A stretch of 64,000 bases of DNA from Phaeosaccion multiseriatum (lineage: Eukaryota > Protista > Ochrophyta, other classes): assembly GCA_965112735.1 (NCBI GenBank), contig OZ218951.1, positions 1,364,001 through 1,428,000 of the forward strand, in the 5' to 3' direction. Shown piece after piece: positions 13,984 through 37,620 of the stretch. A model generated the notes under the pieces. That model saw nothing but the letters and a program-made list of their open reading frames with translations. It was not told where the DNA came from and made no database searches. Numbering within the stretch: the stretch's first letter is position 1; each line of letters starts with the position of its first letter. Position numbers and translations under genes: made by a program.

Positions 13984-15926
13984 GGTCTGTCTGTCGGTCT
14001 GCCTGTCAGTCAGTCAGTCAGTCAGTCTGTCTGTCAGTCAGTCTACTAGTCAGTCAGTCAGTCAGTCAGTCAGTCAGTCAGTCAGTCAGTCAGTCATCTT
14101 TCTTTCTTTTTTTAGTATCTGCCTGTCTCTGCATCACCTTGAAATGCACGTCTGGATGCCGCCTCACCACGTAGTCCCTGAGGGAGGACGACAAGGGGCA
14201 CACATGAGCGCGCACACACACACGCACGTACGCACAGATAGTATGGAGGGTTAGGTACAGGAGCAGTAGCAGCAGTTGGTGATACAGCAGTTGGTCATAC
14301 AGGAAGTGGTGGCAATGCAGGAGCTCAGCACAAAGGAGAATGAACTTCCCTTTGAGAAGAAAGAAAGAAGAATCAACACCTTTCCTCCCCTCTCTCCCTC
14401 CTCTCTTCCCTCCCTCCCTTTCTCCCCCCCTCCCTCCTTTTCTCCCTCCCTCCCTCCCTTTCTCCCTCCCTCCCTCCCTCCCTCCTCTTCCTCCCTCCCT
14501 CTCTCCCTCCCTCCTCTTCCTCTCTTACCTCTTTTTGAGCTGTGCGTATGCCCTGTACACCTCCCACGGAACGTCGCCTCCGGTCATAGCATGTTGGTAC
14601 ACCTGTCCCAGGGTTGGCGCAACTCCTTCGGCCTCAGCCCCTGTCCCCCCCCCCCCACCTCGAGCTCCTGCTCCTCCTCTACTCTTTCCCTCCGACGCCT
14701 TGCCCTCTACCGCTGCTGCTTCTGTATCACCAACTGCTGTTACTGCTGATGCAGCAGCAGCTGCTTCTCCCTGCACGCTCTCCATGCCCTCGGCCTCCGC
14801 CCCCCCCCCCCCCTTGCTCCTGCTGCTGTTGCTCCTCCTTCTCCTCCTTCTCCTCCTCCTTCTCCTCATTCTCTTGTTCTCCTCCTTCACCCCTCTGCTC
14901 ACACCCCCACTCCTTGACATAGGCCTGAGCCTTCTCCGCCAGGAAGATGCCCTCCTCGGGGTTGAGATAGACGGTGCCTGCCACGCTGCTCCCGCAGTAC
15001 TTCTATAGAGGGGGGGAGGCAACATGCACAGGGTGTGTATGTGCAGGGGGGGAGGGGTGGAAGCGGAGAAAATGAGAGGTGAAACGGCAAACAAATCACT
15101 AACAATGGGCGGGGGTGGGGGGGGGGGACCCCAAGCACGTGCACGTCTCACTTATGTACATACCCGTATGGGTACTCAATGCACACACGTACATATCCCC
15201 TTACTCACTTACCACCACGTGACCTCTGCTGATCATAAGCTGGAAGAGCTTCGTCTCGGGCTGCCACTTGACCGTGGAAAGGGTCGTTTTATTCTGAAGC
15301 TGCCTGCCTCCTCCTCGACACCGGGATCCTCCAGCCACCGCACACGTGCTAGCACCACCACCCCCACTTCGCTTGGCAGAGGCAGCAGCCAATGTGTGAA
15401 TAGAGCAGGGGCCACATCCTCCACCTTCAGTACTACCACCAACACCATTGGCTGCCATCCCACCACCACCAGCGGTTGCCATCCCTCCACCACCGTCATG
15501 CGTGTGGTCGATGAATGCCCCTTGCCCCACCTTGCCTATGCAAAAAGCCGCCATTTCCCGTGGACTCTTTCCCTCTAACTCGGCGCAGAGCTCCTCCTGC
15601 TCGGGCACGTCCACCACGGCACCAAAGGTTTCCGCTTCGAGGTCCATGTCCACCCAATCGGCGGCATCTTCCGGCTCAGCTCGGGCGTTGGCTGCCTTGG
15701 TAGTCGAGGCTCTACTGCCCCTGGTGATGATGATGGTGGTGGTGGTGGTACTGCTGCTGGTAGTACTGCAACTGGTTCCGTTGCTGTCCCCCCCCCTCTT
15801 CACCTCTTCGTGGAGGGAGCCATCTCCCTCTCTCTCTCCCTCTCCACCGCTGCTCATGATATGGGAATCGACGGCCGGACTATTGGCCACTACTTGAGAC
15901 GATGCATCACCAGTACCGGTAGTAAC

Positions 15927-15960
<34 letters not shown>

Positions 15961-16397
15961 GCGGCGGCGGCGGCAGCGGAAGCCGTAGCCGCCGCTTTGG
16001 CAGCTTGCTTCCGCTCGCCGCGCATATCCCTGTTTGTGGAGGGGCGGGGTTTGCACCAGAGTGGGATTGTGCTATGCCAAGTCAGCATTAGGCCAGAGAA
16101 AGTGCAACCCTCCCGCCTATCCATCTGGAGTCGTACGCGCCCGAGGAGCACTTGCCTTTTGGCGACCTTTGTCGGCTTCTCCTCCTCTAATACCACCGCC
16201 GATGTTGCTGCCGCTTCAGCTCCCGTATCGCGACCCCTGTCGGTGGAGAAGGGCGGGTTTGCAGGTGAGGTCTTAGATGGCTTATCCCCATGTTTGTGGG
16301 TGATGAGTTACTCTCCTCTCCAGCTTCTGGCTCACCTCTTATAGTTTCGCTTCTTGCGGGGCTCCCTTCTCCTATACTGGACCTGCAGCTGCATCAT
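12497..16397 (-). CDS. TSEN54: tRNA-splicing endonuclease subunit Sen54-like, multi-exon
   Basis: VYLNPEEGIFLAEK, VYRAYAQLKKR|DYVVRRH and FDVWEPNSRFKKSNPGPPDF are Sen54-type motifs. Inferred first exon MMQLQVQYRRREPRKKRNYK from ATG 16397. Confidence 0.75.
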
Positions 16398-16580
16398 CTT
16401 TACTACGACAGCGCGGGCAATAAGGGAGGTAGAGGAGGGGAAGAGGAGGGGAGAGGAGGATCAGGATGAGGAGGGGAGCCGGAATCAGGAATTGATTGAG
16501 CGGGTTTCCCCACCGGGTTTTTTTTTTTTTTTTTTTTCTTCTTTTTCATTCTACACGTACTCATCGGCAGCTGCGGCACT

Positions 16581-20481
<3,901 letters not shown>

Positions 20482-21183
20482 CAGGGGGGGTGTTGCTGCA
20501 CCCGATTGTTGTTGATTTTGATATTTGTTTGGTTGATTTCATCTGTTGTGTTGTTGTGTAGATTTTTTTGTAGTTTCCCCTTTTGTCCCCGTATAAATTC
20601 TCCCTCCTCCCCCCCCTTTCAATTTCTTGGATGATTTATTGTTAAATCAATAATCACCCTTGTCCCCCACACGATAGTAAAAGGGGATTGATTCTGCTCA
20701 AGGGGGTCTAATATTCCTATTAAGAACGGCCCTTGGACCCCCTTGTGGTGGTTCCCAGGAGAAAGGGAGAAGAGGGAAAAGGAAGAAGAAAATGAAAAGG
20801 AAAAGAAAAGAAAAAGAAAAGAGAAAAGGCCGTTCACAAATGGGTCGATCCAATGCAGTTGTAATCCGGGTGTAACGTCCCCCTGCGGCCGTGCGCACCA
20901 GCGGATGTAGTAGCAGGAAAGGTCCTCCTCCTACTCAAAGGTACACCAAAGAAGAGGACGCAGTCCTTCCCAGTGGAAAAAAGGAGAACCCACTTTTAAG
21001 CGTGTGTTGGGGGGGGTGGGGAAGGCAGAAGCGGCTAAGCCGCGTTCAGGGGCCCCTTCCTCCACCTATAGCGCTGCTGCTGCTGCTGCTGGAAAGCTCG
21101 GAGCGAAAGCAGTTGGGGGGCGGTGGAGGGTGTGAAGGAGTCCACCCAGCAGCAGCGGTAGTTAGTATAGTGTTGAGACCACC

Positions 21184-22111
21184 ATGACATCCACCATGCG
21201 GTCGGCTCATGACCCGGGGGATGAGCAGCGCGCGGCGGACCTGGCGCAGCTGCAGAGGGAGTACAGAAATATGGAGCTGAATAGGAGGGCGTATGCAGAA
21301 GAGAGTCACTCGCTGATGAGGAAACAACAGGTAGGTGGTGGGGAAAGAGAGGATGAAAAGAGGGGGAAAGGGGAAAGGGATCACGGTGTGTGTGGTAGTA
21401 CAGCAAGGGGTGGTGGCTGTCGGAAAGCCCTCGTGCGTGTCTGTAGAGCCGAGAGGTAGCAACGGTGATACATTGTCGCTATGAGATCGAGAAAAGGCGG
21501 GTCTGTGATCGCTTTGCCTTGATCTTGCAAGAAGTGTGTCAAGCCAGACCACATGGTGAACGGTAGCAGCCGAAGCAGCAACAGCAGCAGTACAGTACGC
21601 TCCTGTCTCTTCGAAGGAGGAGGGGAGTATTGAGAGGGTAGCACAGACAGCCATGTGCCGAGGAGGGAGGAGCGACGATTGTTAAGGGTCATAGAAGGTC
21701 GTGTGACTGCTAGTTGGCAGGCCTCAAGGCCCTGTGATGCTGTGGCAATTCCTGGCATCGCTCATCCACGGAAGCCGATGTATCTGTCCGCTTGGTCCAT
21801 CACCCCCCCCCCCCACACCCCCCTCCTCCCTCATACACCTGTCTGTCCACTTCTGCGGCCGGTTGCGCTCGACAACATTGTTTTGCTATCAACACCCGAC
21901 AACAATAACAACAACAACAACAAAACAAACAAACGACAGATTACGCTCGAGAAGGCCAGAAAAGAGAACGATGTGCTCAAAGCGGAGCTTGCGATGGAGT
22001 TCAGGCAGTTCCGCAAGCCCGCTGATGCGGGAGTTTCAGAGAAGATTCACAAGCTTCAGGAGCAGGGGGATCACTTTGCGAGGCTTGTGGAGCAGGAGCG
22101 GAGTGCAATAC

Positions 22112-22185
<74 letters not shown>

Positions 22186-22304
22186 TTGTGGTGTGTGTGT
22201 GCGTGTGTGTGGCGTGTGTGTGTGGTTGTGGTGTGTGTGTGCGTGTGTGTGGCGTGGGTGTGTGTATGTGTGTGTGTGTGCGTGTGTGTGGCGTGGGTGT
22301 GTGG

Positions 22305-22365
<61 letters not shown>

Positions 22366-23456
22366 TGTGTGTGCGTGTGTGTGGCGTGGGTGTGTGGTTG
22401 TGGTGTGTGTGTGCGTGTGTGTATGTGTGTGTGTGTCCGTATCTCCATCTCTGTGTGTTTATGTGTGTGTGCCCTGCCTGTCTGCCTGCCTCCCTCCCTG
22501 CCTCCCTCTCTCTCACCCAGCTCAACTGATACCCTGTACCCTCTAACATGTACCACCACCTGCTGCACTTTTCTTCTTACCTAAGGTGATGGAGGAGCAA
22601 ATGTTAATGATGCGGAACAAGACGCTGCATCAGAGGAAGATGATGGGGGGCGTCAATGCGGCCAAAGAGAACGAGATTATGATACAGAAGCAGGTATGCC
22701 CACCCGTTAGTCCGAACAGGGAAGGAGGGAGGAAGGGAGAGATGGAGGAAGGAAGGAAATGAAGAAAGGAGGAAGGAAGGAAGGAAGGAAGGAAGGAAGG
22801 AAAATAGGAAGGAAGGAAGGAAGGAAAACCTCCCCCTTCCCCTCCTCCTTCCCCTTCGCCGTCGCCTTCGCCTCTGTCTGTGCTCTCGAATCGGTCTTGC
22901 CTCTCCTCCCCAACAAACAAAAACAAAACGAACCAAAACAACGACAATTCCACACCAAAACAACATCCATTTACTGCTAAAAAACAGGTGCGTATTCTGG
23001 AGAATCGTCTCGACAAGGCGCTCACCAAGTTCAACGAGGCCCTGTCCCACAACAAGACGCTTCGTGCCTCCATTGACGACCTTCGGAGGGAGAAGGTGGT
23101 GTTTGAGAATGTGCATCGAAAGCTTGAGAAGGAATTCATGGAGAAGAAGAAGTCAATGGCCAACATTATTGAGTTGAGCAACCTCAGCTATGAGCAGAGA
23201 GATAACTTTCAGGTGAGGGAGAGAAGGGACGGAGTGGAGGGAGTGGAGGGGAGGGAAGGGGAGGGGGGGGGAGGAAACGAGTGAGGGGAGCGAGGGTAGG
23301 GGGGAGGGGGAGAACGCAAAGAAACCTCATTCTTGTCCCCTCGAACTGAAACTTGAAGCATGAAACTTCTACTTCAGAAGAACAGGAAACCGAAAATGCT
23401 CTGCCTCGGCTCCCATCCCTTTGTTGCGTGCCGGTTTATCGCCCGTCTTCTCAATC

Positions 23457-23492
<36 letters not shown>

Positions 23493-23501
23493 TACCCACA
23501 C

Positions 23502-23577
<76 letters not shown>

Positions 23578-26500
23578 ACAGATGGAGATCGCTGCAATCG
23601 AGCAGGCCAATCGGCGTGAGCAGGACGACTTCGATGCCCAGATGCTCGAACTGTCCAGGTACGTAAGCTTACGTAGGTCTTTTCCTCTCACCTCAGTTCA
23701 GCTCATGACATAATACCAATCCCATAACAAAGAACATGCAAATGTTACGTATGTACTTAACTCTTTCAACTCAAAGCTCGAACCCAAACTCCCACCTACA
23801 CTCCAACTCTACCAGGGTGATGGAGGACGACCTCAACCCCAGCAGCAGCAGCCAGCACAACAACACCAACACTGGTGTGGCCCTGAGCAATGGGGCTGGA
23901 AACAGGGGAGGGGCGGCTGGTGATAAGACAAGTGGAGGTGGTGGTGGTGGTGGTGGTGGGGGAGGAGCGAGGGGTATGAGTGCCACGCAGCAGCGCACGC
24001 TCGCGTTGGGCAGCACCACTTGCGAGGAGAAACAGCTCAAGCACAAGCTTAACAAGGGGGCGTGGGGACTCGCCAAGGACAAGATGGAGCTCCAGGTGGG
24101 TGCGTGCGTGCGTACGTGTGTGTGCGTGCGTGTGTGTGCGTGCGTGTGTGTGTGCGTGCGTGCGTGCGGTGCATGTGTGTTTGGGGGGAGGGGGCCACTG
24201 TACGTGGGTGCAACCTTTCTCCTGATGAGCCTTGTTTTTGTCTTGTAAGCTTACTTAATGGCCCTTCTCCTCTTCCTCCTCCTCCTCCTTACTGAACCTC
24301 CCCCCTAAAGGTGTCCATCGAGCGTATTCAGAACTTCGAGGAGGCCTTCTCTCGCATCAAGTCCGCCACAGGCAAGCCTTCGGACAGTCAGCCAGCCAAC
24401 TAGCCAGTCAGTCAGTCAGTCAGTCAGTCATACAGTCAGTCAGTCAGTCAGTCAGTCAGTCAGTCGGCCTTTTAGCCTTGTTGAAAGGCCCACTCTGCCC
24501 TGACGGGCTTGCTTACCAGTGAATTACCTGACTCTGATGGCGGCAGCGTGTGTGGGGGATAAGACCACACCAAATCATTGATGTACTGACTTACGAAGAC
24601 ATGCGCACACTAACACACACACACACACACACACACACAACGCGCACCCCCCCCCCTCCCCCCTACACACACAGGGATTGACGACATCGAGCGGCTCGTG
24701 CGCACGTTCATCAAGAACGAAGATCACAACTTCTCACTCTTCAACTATGTCAATGAACAGCAGAACGAAATTGAGAAGCTGGAGGAACTGCTGCAGGTAC
24801 GTGTACATACATGTGTGTGTGTGAGTGTGTGTGTATGTGGGTGGGTGGGTGTGCGTGTATGTAGTCTTGGAGCCAATAAATATCTCAGCTGCCGCTGTGA
24901 GTCATTGTGTGTGTGTGTTTATGTGCATAGCTTTCTATCTACCCGCCTCCCATATGCCTCTGCTGTCTGGTGCCATCCTCGTATGACCACACGCTGCAGG
25001 AGCTGCGCCAAGAGGAGTCCAAGTACGCAAACGAGAGCGGCGAAGACGTACATCAACACAAGCAGGTGCGTGCGTGCGTGTGTGCGTGTGTGGGTGGGTG
25101 GGTGCGTGGGTGGGTGCGTGCGTGCGTGGGTGCGGAAAGAGAGGCCCGAGAAGGGAAGACAAAGAGGGATCCATCCCACACCCACACCTACCCCCATCCG
25201 CTGCCGACCCCCACCCTTCCATCCACTGCCATCCCAATGACGTACCCCCCTCCTTCCATCCACTGCCATCCGCACCGCCCTCCCATAAACTGCCATCCCT
25301 CAGGCCCTGAGCGAGCTGGAGGCCAAGCTGCACAGCACGGAGGTGGCGTGTGAGAAGTACGAGGGGCGTAGCTCAGACGCCGCAGTGACCATGGAGGGAC
25401 TGAAGGACGGAGTGTTGCTCTTCCTCAAGATGTTGTCCTTGTCGGTCGACCATGAGGTGCGTTACGGGAGGGAGGGACTGTAACGGAGTCAGTGAGTGAG
25501 TGAGTGAGTGAGTGGCAAGACAGTGAGTGTGTGTCAGGATAGTGAGCGTCAGGACAGCGACGGAGTGACGCACCGTGCTCTGTGGGCGGTGCTCTCTCTC
25601 TCCCTCTTTTTTTCTTTCTGTCTTTGTCTCTCCCTCCCTCTCTCTCTCCGTCCTTCTCGCTTCCTCTCTCCCTCCCTCCCTCCCTCCCTCCCTCCCTCTC
25701 TCCCTCCCTCCCACCCTCCCTCCCTCCCTCCCTCCCTCCCTCCCTCCCTCCCTCCCTCCCTCCCTCCCTCCCTCCCTCCCTCCCTCCCTCCCTCCCTCCC
25801 TCCCTCCCTCCCTCCCTCCCTCCCTCCCTCCCTCCCTCTATCTCTTTCCGCCCCCCCCCCCCCCTCTCTGTCCATCTCTCTGTGCGTATGTCTGTGTGTG
25901 TGTGTGTGTGTGCGCGTATGGTCGTGTTTGCTGGGCTTGTGGCCCCTGCTGTGCTCTTGTGTGCTCCAGCCCCTTACGCTGGCCCTGCGCCTCTCCTCTC
26001 TCTCGCCTCGTGCCAACTGTGACCACAGGTAACGGAGTCCAACATGCTCGCCTATCTGGGCACCATCGAGGAGCGCTGCAACAACCTTCTGTCCCAATAC
26101 GCGGCGGTCAAAGACGCAAGAGATCGCCTCCAGGCAGCAGGAGGAGGAGCAGGAGCAGCAGCAGGCGGAGCGCCAGGAACTAAGATGCTTACCGCGGGGG
26201 GCGAGGGAGCAGGCGAGGGAGGGGAGCAGCTGCCTGATACCGCAAACCTCATGCTGCTTGGGGGTGCTCCGACCAACGGTGCGGCGAGCTCGAGTATATT
26301 GGGTATCGGGCCCAAGACTCCAATGGGGCAGGAGCTCAAGCACGTCAAGCCGCCCAAGTTGGAGGATTATAGTTCAGGTGAGTGGAGAGGGGGGGGGGGG
26401 GGGTTTATACGGCTGAGACCCCATACGCACACACGCACACACGCACACACGCACGCACACACACACGCACGCACTCGCATACGCCTCTAAACGCCCTCCC

Positions 26501-26683
26501 TGCCTCCCTCCCTCTCTGTCTATCTTCACAGATGACGACAGCGCGAGTGATGACGAAGCACCAAGGCCTCTGACCCGAGGGGAGCTCAAGGCCCGCACCC
26601 TGAACAAACTCCAACGGAAAACAGCGGCGGCCTCCACGCAGATTGGGGGGGGGAGGTCCCCCAAGAAGCTCAACGGAGCGTGA
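21184..26683 (+). CDS. Outer dynein arm docking complex subunit (ODA1/DC2, CCDC114/CCDC63-like), multi-exon coiled coil
   Basis: LQREYRNME, GGVNAAKENEIMIQKQVRILENRLDKALTKFNEAL, FEEAFSRIKSATGIDDI, EDHNFSLFNYVNE, MLAYLGTIEERCNNL, RPLTRGELK. Confidence 0.88.
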
Positions 26684-27134
26684 GAAGGAAGAACAAGCAG
26701 AAACAAGTGGAAGTATTGTAGAAGAAGCACGGAAGGACAACCAGAAGAAGCATAAGCACAGGGAATATAGGAAACAAGGAAGGACAAGGCGGCCTGCTAC
26801 TGTCTGTGCCTTCCTTGTCTTGCTGGGAGGTTGGCAAGTTGGTCATTCGGTTCAGTCGGGTTGGTTGTCGACAATCCCTCTCTCTCTCTGTCTGGTGTGG
26901 TGTACTGTGTGCAAGTAGGTAGCCAGGGCTCGACGAAAGATACATGGTACTCATCGACCTCTTGATTGACACTCAATTTTGGCCTCTGCCTTGTCCTATT
27001 GGTCAACGTGACATGAAGTACTTCAGAGTGCACATGTATCTGTCATCCATCCACTGCCATCCGTCCCAATCCTGATCCCAAAGTCCACACACACACACAC
27101 ACACAGTCACAGATGGCTGCTGCATACAGGGGTA

Positions 27135-29245
27135 TTACACCCGGTCCAGTGTGGCAATGTACTTGTGCAGGCGGTGGTGCTCCAACATGCTCTTACTCAA
27201 GACCACCTCATGCACTTGCCACACCACGTCCTCTCGAGCGTTGCCCCTCATCACGCGCGTCATGGTGGCTCCGTTGTTGAGGCGTCGGGGTCGGAGGTAC
27301 CAAACCTTGCCGGGCACCTGAGGCAGTGGGATGGCAGTGGATGGGGTGAGAGGGTGAGGCGGTGGGATGGCAGTGGATGCGGTGAGAGGGTGAGAGGGTG
27401 GGATGGCAGTGGATGGGGTGAGAGGGTGAGGGGGTGAGGGGGTGGGGGGTGGGATGGATTGACAGGGGATTGGGGTATGGGATAAGAGGGGGGAGAGTAC
27501 CCCTCCACTCTGCCCTCTGCCCTCACCGTGAGGCCGATGGCGTCCTCGTCCGCCGTAGCAACATGCTTGACGCCCCTCACCGCCACCCCGGCTACATCCT
27601 TGAACCACGTGCGGCCCACGGCAAGCCCCCCTCTCAGTGCCCCACTGCCGCCGGGGATGGCACTTAACAGGCGGCTTCGGAGGTGTTTAAGCGATCTGAG
27701 GGAGTAGATACCCGTATGTGTGTGTGTGTGTGTGGTGTGTGTGTGCGTGTGTGTGCGTGTGTGCGCGTGTGGTGTGTACGTGTGCGCGGGTAGGTGTCCA
27801 TGTGTGTGTTTGTGCGTGTGTTGATGTGTGTGGGCGGGTGGATGGGTGTGTGTTGTTTGTGCATGTGTGTGTGCGTGCGTGTGTGTGTGTGTCGGTGGGT
27901 GGGTGGGTGGGTGGGTGGGCGGGTGCGCGGGTGTTGAGGTGGGGGGGGGGTGGTGAGGGGACGTGTGTGCAGCCTGTTGGGGGAGGGAGGCAGAGGGCCT
28001 TGGGGTTTCCTCTTCCTAAAGAGTCAGTCTGAAGTGGAGAGCCTCGGGACTGACTCATCAGGGGCCCCAAACAACAGAAACTGAAACTGAGTCATCACAG
28101 CTGACGAGTTCCTCATAACCAACTGCTGTACCTTTCGGAGAGCCTGGGCACTGCGTCGTCCCCAAGGATGAATGAGGTGACGAAAGGAAGCTTCACGGAC
28201 AGATTGCCCGACACGCAGGGCGGGCAGCCGAAACAGTGGCACTGCACCTTGCCCTGAGCACAGCCGAGCCCGCTCCTCTTCGGACCTGGTCCTCCTCCTT
28301 TTTGTCCTTCTCCTTCTCCTCCTCCTGCTGCTGCTGCTGCTACTGCTGCTGCTGCTGCCCCTCCTCCTCCTCCTCCTCCTCCTCCTCCTCCTCCTCCTCC
28401 TCCTCCTCCTCCTCCTCCTCCTCCCCCTGCTGCTGCTGCTGCTGCTGCTGCTGTTTTTTCTGCATTTCCTTTCCCACTCTGTTTTCTCCCTTCCCCTCCA
28501 GTCCCTGATGGTACATCTTCATCCCCCTCCCTCCGCGCTGCCACCCCCTTTCGAGGTTTGGATGAGCGACCTTTTCGGCCCCCCCGGGTGGTGTCTTTTA
28601 CCCTCAAAGATCCATCCAGCAACCCTTTTGCGGGAGGGACAGCGATGGCGGGAGGGACAGAACGGACGGAAACCGGACATGGGCAATTGGTTTTGTTTTG
28701 TTTTGTTAGGTTTGAAAGATTTTAAGCGACGGAGGATGGGTGGAAAGAAGAGAGAAGAGAAAGAGAGAGAGAGAGAGGGGGGGGGGGAGACGAGAGTGAG
28801 AGATGGACACCCACATGCAGAGAGAGAGGGAGAGACACGCGCACAGAGAGAGAGAGAGGAGTGTGTCTCAAACTGTGTCCTTCCTTGTTTTGTGTATTCC
28901 TCTCTCCTCCCTCCCTCCCTCCCTCCATCCATCCATCCATCCATCCATCACTCGTTCGCTCCCCTCCCTCCCCTCCCTCCTGCCCTCCCCCCTCCCCCCT
29001 CCCCCCTCCCCCCTCCTCCCCCTGTCCTACCCCCCCCCTCCCTCACCTGCCAGCAGAGCCGCCACTGCCCCTCCGAACGAGTGCCCCACAACCCTCACTT
29101 GGAAGCCTTCCCCCTCGGGACTTGCCAGAAAGTCAGCAAGCGCACACCCGAACTGTCCCTCCAGTCGCTGGGCAGCCCTGAGAGCTTCTCTATTGACAAG
29201 GGTGGTCTCACGAATCAAGCCGTGCGAAGCTAGCTCTATCGCCCT

Positions 29246-29282
<37 letters not shown>

Positions 29283-31335
29283 TGTGTGTGTGGGTGCGTG
29301 TGTGTGTGAGAGAGTGGGGGTTGTTGGGGGGAGGTGCAGGAGAAGCGTGCGAGGGGGGGAGGAGGAGGAGGAAGGTAGCGGGCGAGGAGGAGGTGGAAGA
29401 GTTGGAGGAGTAGGCGGGGAGAAGGGGGAGGAGAGGAGAAGAGCGGGGGGGAAAGAAAGAAGGAAGAGGAGAGTGAGGATGGAGCCAAGAAGGTAAGCAC
29501 AAACAAAACAGAACAGCATCGCAACAGAGAGAGAGAGAGAGCGAGTGTGAGAAGGGCACCCCCCCCCCCCTCGTTTCTGCTAGCTCCAAACCCCCCTACC
29601 CCCCACCTCACCCCCACCAGCACGCACGCACGCACACACACACACACACACGCACGCACGCACGCACACACGAGTCTCCCTCCCCCTCGCCGGGCCCCTC
29701 CCCTTACCTAGGCGGCTTTTCGAGGCTCTGAAGCAGAGAAGCCCCGTCCAAATCATCCCCAACGGCGACGACTAACTCTCTGGCAGCGGTCGCCAGCATG
29801 ACGTCACACCACACTCTGCCGGGGTGAGGCCCTCTCTCGCACACCTTGATGGAGCAGCGGCCCATCGTCGCTGCTCTCTCGTCCTCCTGGCCCTCGTCCT
29901 CCCCCTCCCTACTCCCCTCCCCCCCACTGCCCTTCTCGTCCCCAGTGCCCTCCTCATCGGTTCTATCGCCACTCCCGTCTACTGCCATCCGCCTCGCCGC
30001 AGCTTCATCACCATCGTTATCGGGAGGGGAGTCCGTGCCGCTGGTGGCAGGAAGGCCTGCTTCCGGTACCTTGGGCGCCTTAGGTGTATTAGGTACCTTG
30101 GCTGGCAAGGGGAGGGGAAGTCGTTTCAGCCCTGCTTCTTCCATGGTGGCGTTTACATCCCCTTCCTCTGCTGTGGACGCCATCTCCGCCTATGGATGGG
30201 GTACAGGCACATGGGCAGAGGGGGGGACAGGCACCGGGGAGGGTGGGAGGTACGCGGTGATTGGATGGAGAGGACACATATGCACACACACATACACAAA
30301 CACAGAAGCGCCAAACAAGAGGCGCGCCTACCACCCGAGGAGGCAGCAGTAGCAGCACTACAAGCAGTGGCAGCAGTACGAGCTACGTTCCTTCCTTCGC
30401 TCTTGCCTGCCTGCCTTCCTGCCTGCCCATATGCCTGCCCACATGCCTGCTCAGTCCTCTCGCTTACTGCTCACCAGCATGGCCCCGTACAGTGCTTCCG
30501 AAACGCCCTCAAGCTTCCACAGAAGCTTCTTGGCCACAGTCGCCTTGGCCTCATCGCCCTCCTCGGCGGCTTCCTGCTTGAGCTACTCAGGCAGAGAGAG
30601 GGAGAAAGGGGGTGGGGGGGAGGGAGGGAGAGAGAGTAAGAGAGACAGAAAGGGGAAGAGAAAGAGGGAGGGAGAGGGAGGCAGAAAGGAGAGTCCAACT
30701 ATAGGTTTGTTACAAAAAGAGAGAGAGAAAGAACGATTGCAAAAGAGAGAGAGGTGGTGGAAAGGTGCTCGGGGAGGGATTGGGGGGGGGGAGGGTGGTG
30801 AGCGGTGGGATCGCAAAGATATGCATAGGTTTTCTGAGCGGAAGACCTCCCATAGCAGAAGGCAGGGAGGAAGATGTAAGTTGGGTCATGACCATTGGAG
30901 CGCTAGTTTTTGCTTCCGTCATAGAATGCACACACGCGCAGACATACACCACACACACGCACAGACACACACCACACACACGCGCAGACACACACCACAC
31001 ACACGCACCCTCTCAGCGTCTCGTGTGCCGTAGTCCTTCCTCCGCCCCAGCTCGTGCGCCATACCGTCCATCTTCTTGAGATAGGCCTGGCTGCTACTCA
31101 GTACTGTTAGCCCCCGACTCAAGGTTTTGGGGTCCACCGACGCCAATCCCCTGTTGCCGCTGCTACGCCCCTCCTCCGTGGAAGACTCCGGTGCCTCCAC
31201 CAGCTGCAGCCACATCGCAAGGTGCCGATAAGGGTGAGCCGCTTGGTGCGGAAGAGGGTTGGCGGCATTGCTAAAGCCGCCGAGAAGAAAGAAGGCCGCC
31301 ACCAGAGGCTGCCGGGGCAACCCCAGCGGATGCAT
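27135..31335 (-). CDS. Class-3 lipase (Lipase_3/DAG-lipase-like) with a likely N-terminal signal peptide, multi-exon
   Basis: VVGHSFGGAVAALL nucleophile elbow, FGCPPC, GDDAVPRLS (Asp), SMLEHH (His). Hydrophobic start MHPLGLPRQPLVAAFFLLGGFSNA. Confidence 0.82.
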
Positions 31336-31526
31336 GAGGTTGATATTGATATGAGGGGGGGGGGAGGAGAAGATTGAGGGGTTGAGCCGGAAGTAGTAGT
31401 TGGTAGTTTGGAGGGTGGGGTCACAGCTGGGCGGTAGAGGTGTTGGTTCCTCGGGGGTCACAGATACGCTGATCCAACCGCCTTTGGGCTTGATCCCTGA
31501 TCCCTCCCTCACTCACTGCTTCTGGG

Positions 31527-37231
<5,705 letters not shown>

Positions 37232-37414
37232 CTCTTTGAATGAGTGAAACTACTGCTTCTGCAGTCAAGGTGTTCGCTTTAAGAGAGTGCATGAGCCTCT
37301 GACGACACGTCCGCCAAGACTCACTACCTTCGCTCCTTCCCCACATACGCCGCTTGTCTGCTCGCATTATCGAGGAGCATTGCTTTTGGGCATGGGTTTG
37401 CACACGTCAACCCC

Positions 37415-37620
37415 TCACGCCGCCTCCACTGCACCATGGTCGTCGTCCTGGAATTCTATCAAGCAGCTCTTAAGCACATTCTCTGTGCCCTCCTCATAGC
37501 ATGATACCTCGATTTCGCTCTCCCCGAACTTCATCTCCACATCCACGCCGCGTTCCTTATAGAGGGCTTTGCCATGTCCATACATCATGTCAATCTGGAT
37601 TCTGGCCACCTCTCGAGTGT
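37415..37620 (-). pseudogene. Orphan 3' fragment resembling an HSPA12/Hsp70-like C-terminus
   Basis: RGVDVEMKFGESEIEVSCYEEGTENVLKSCLIEF resembles the HSPA12 terminal 'EVEMKFG.TEI.V' motif; truncated exactly where the kinase-derived repeat starts (37621). Confidence 0.45.

Noticed and set aside
21655-22584. Long CV/HT-repeat ORFs here and elsewhere
   Set aside because: (CA/GT)n intronic microsatellites; only the embedded exons are coding.
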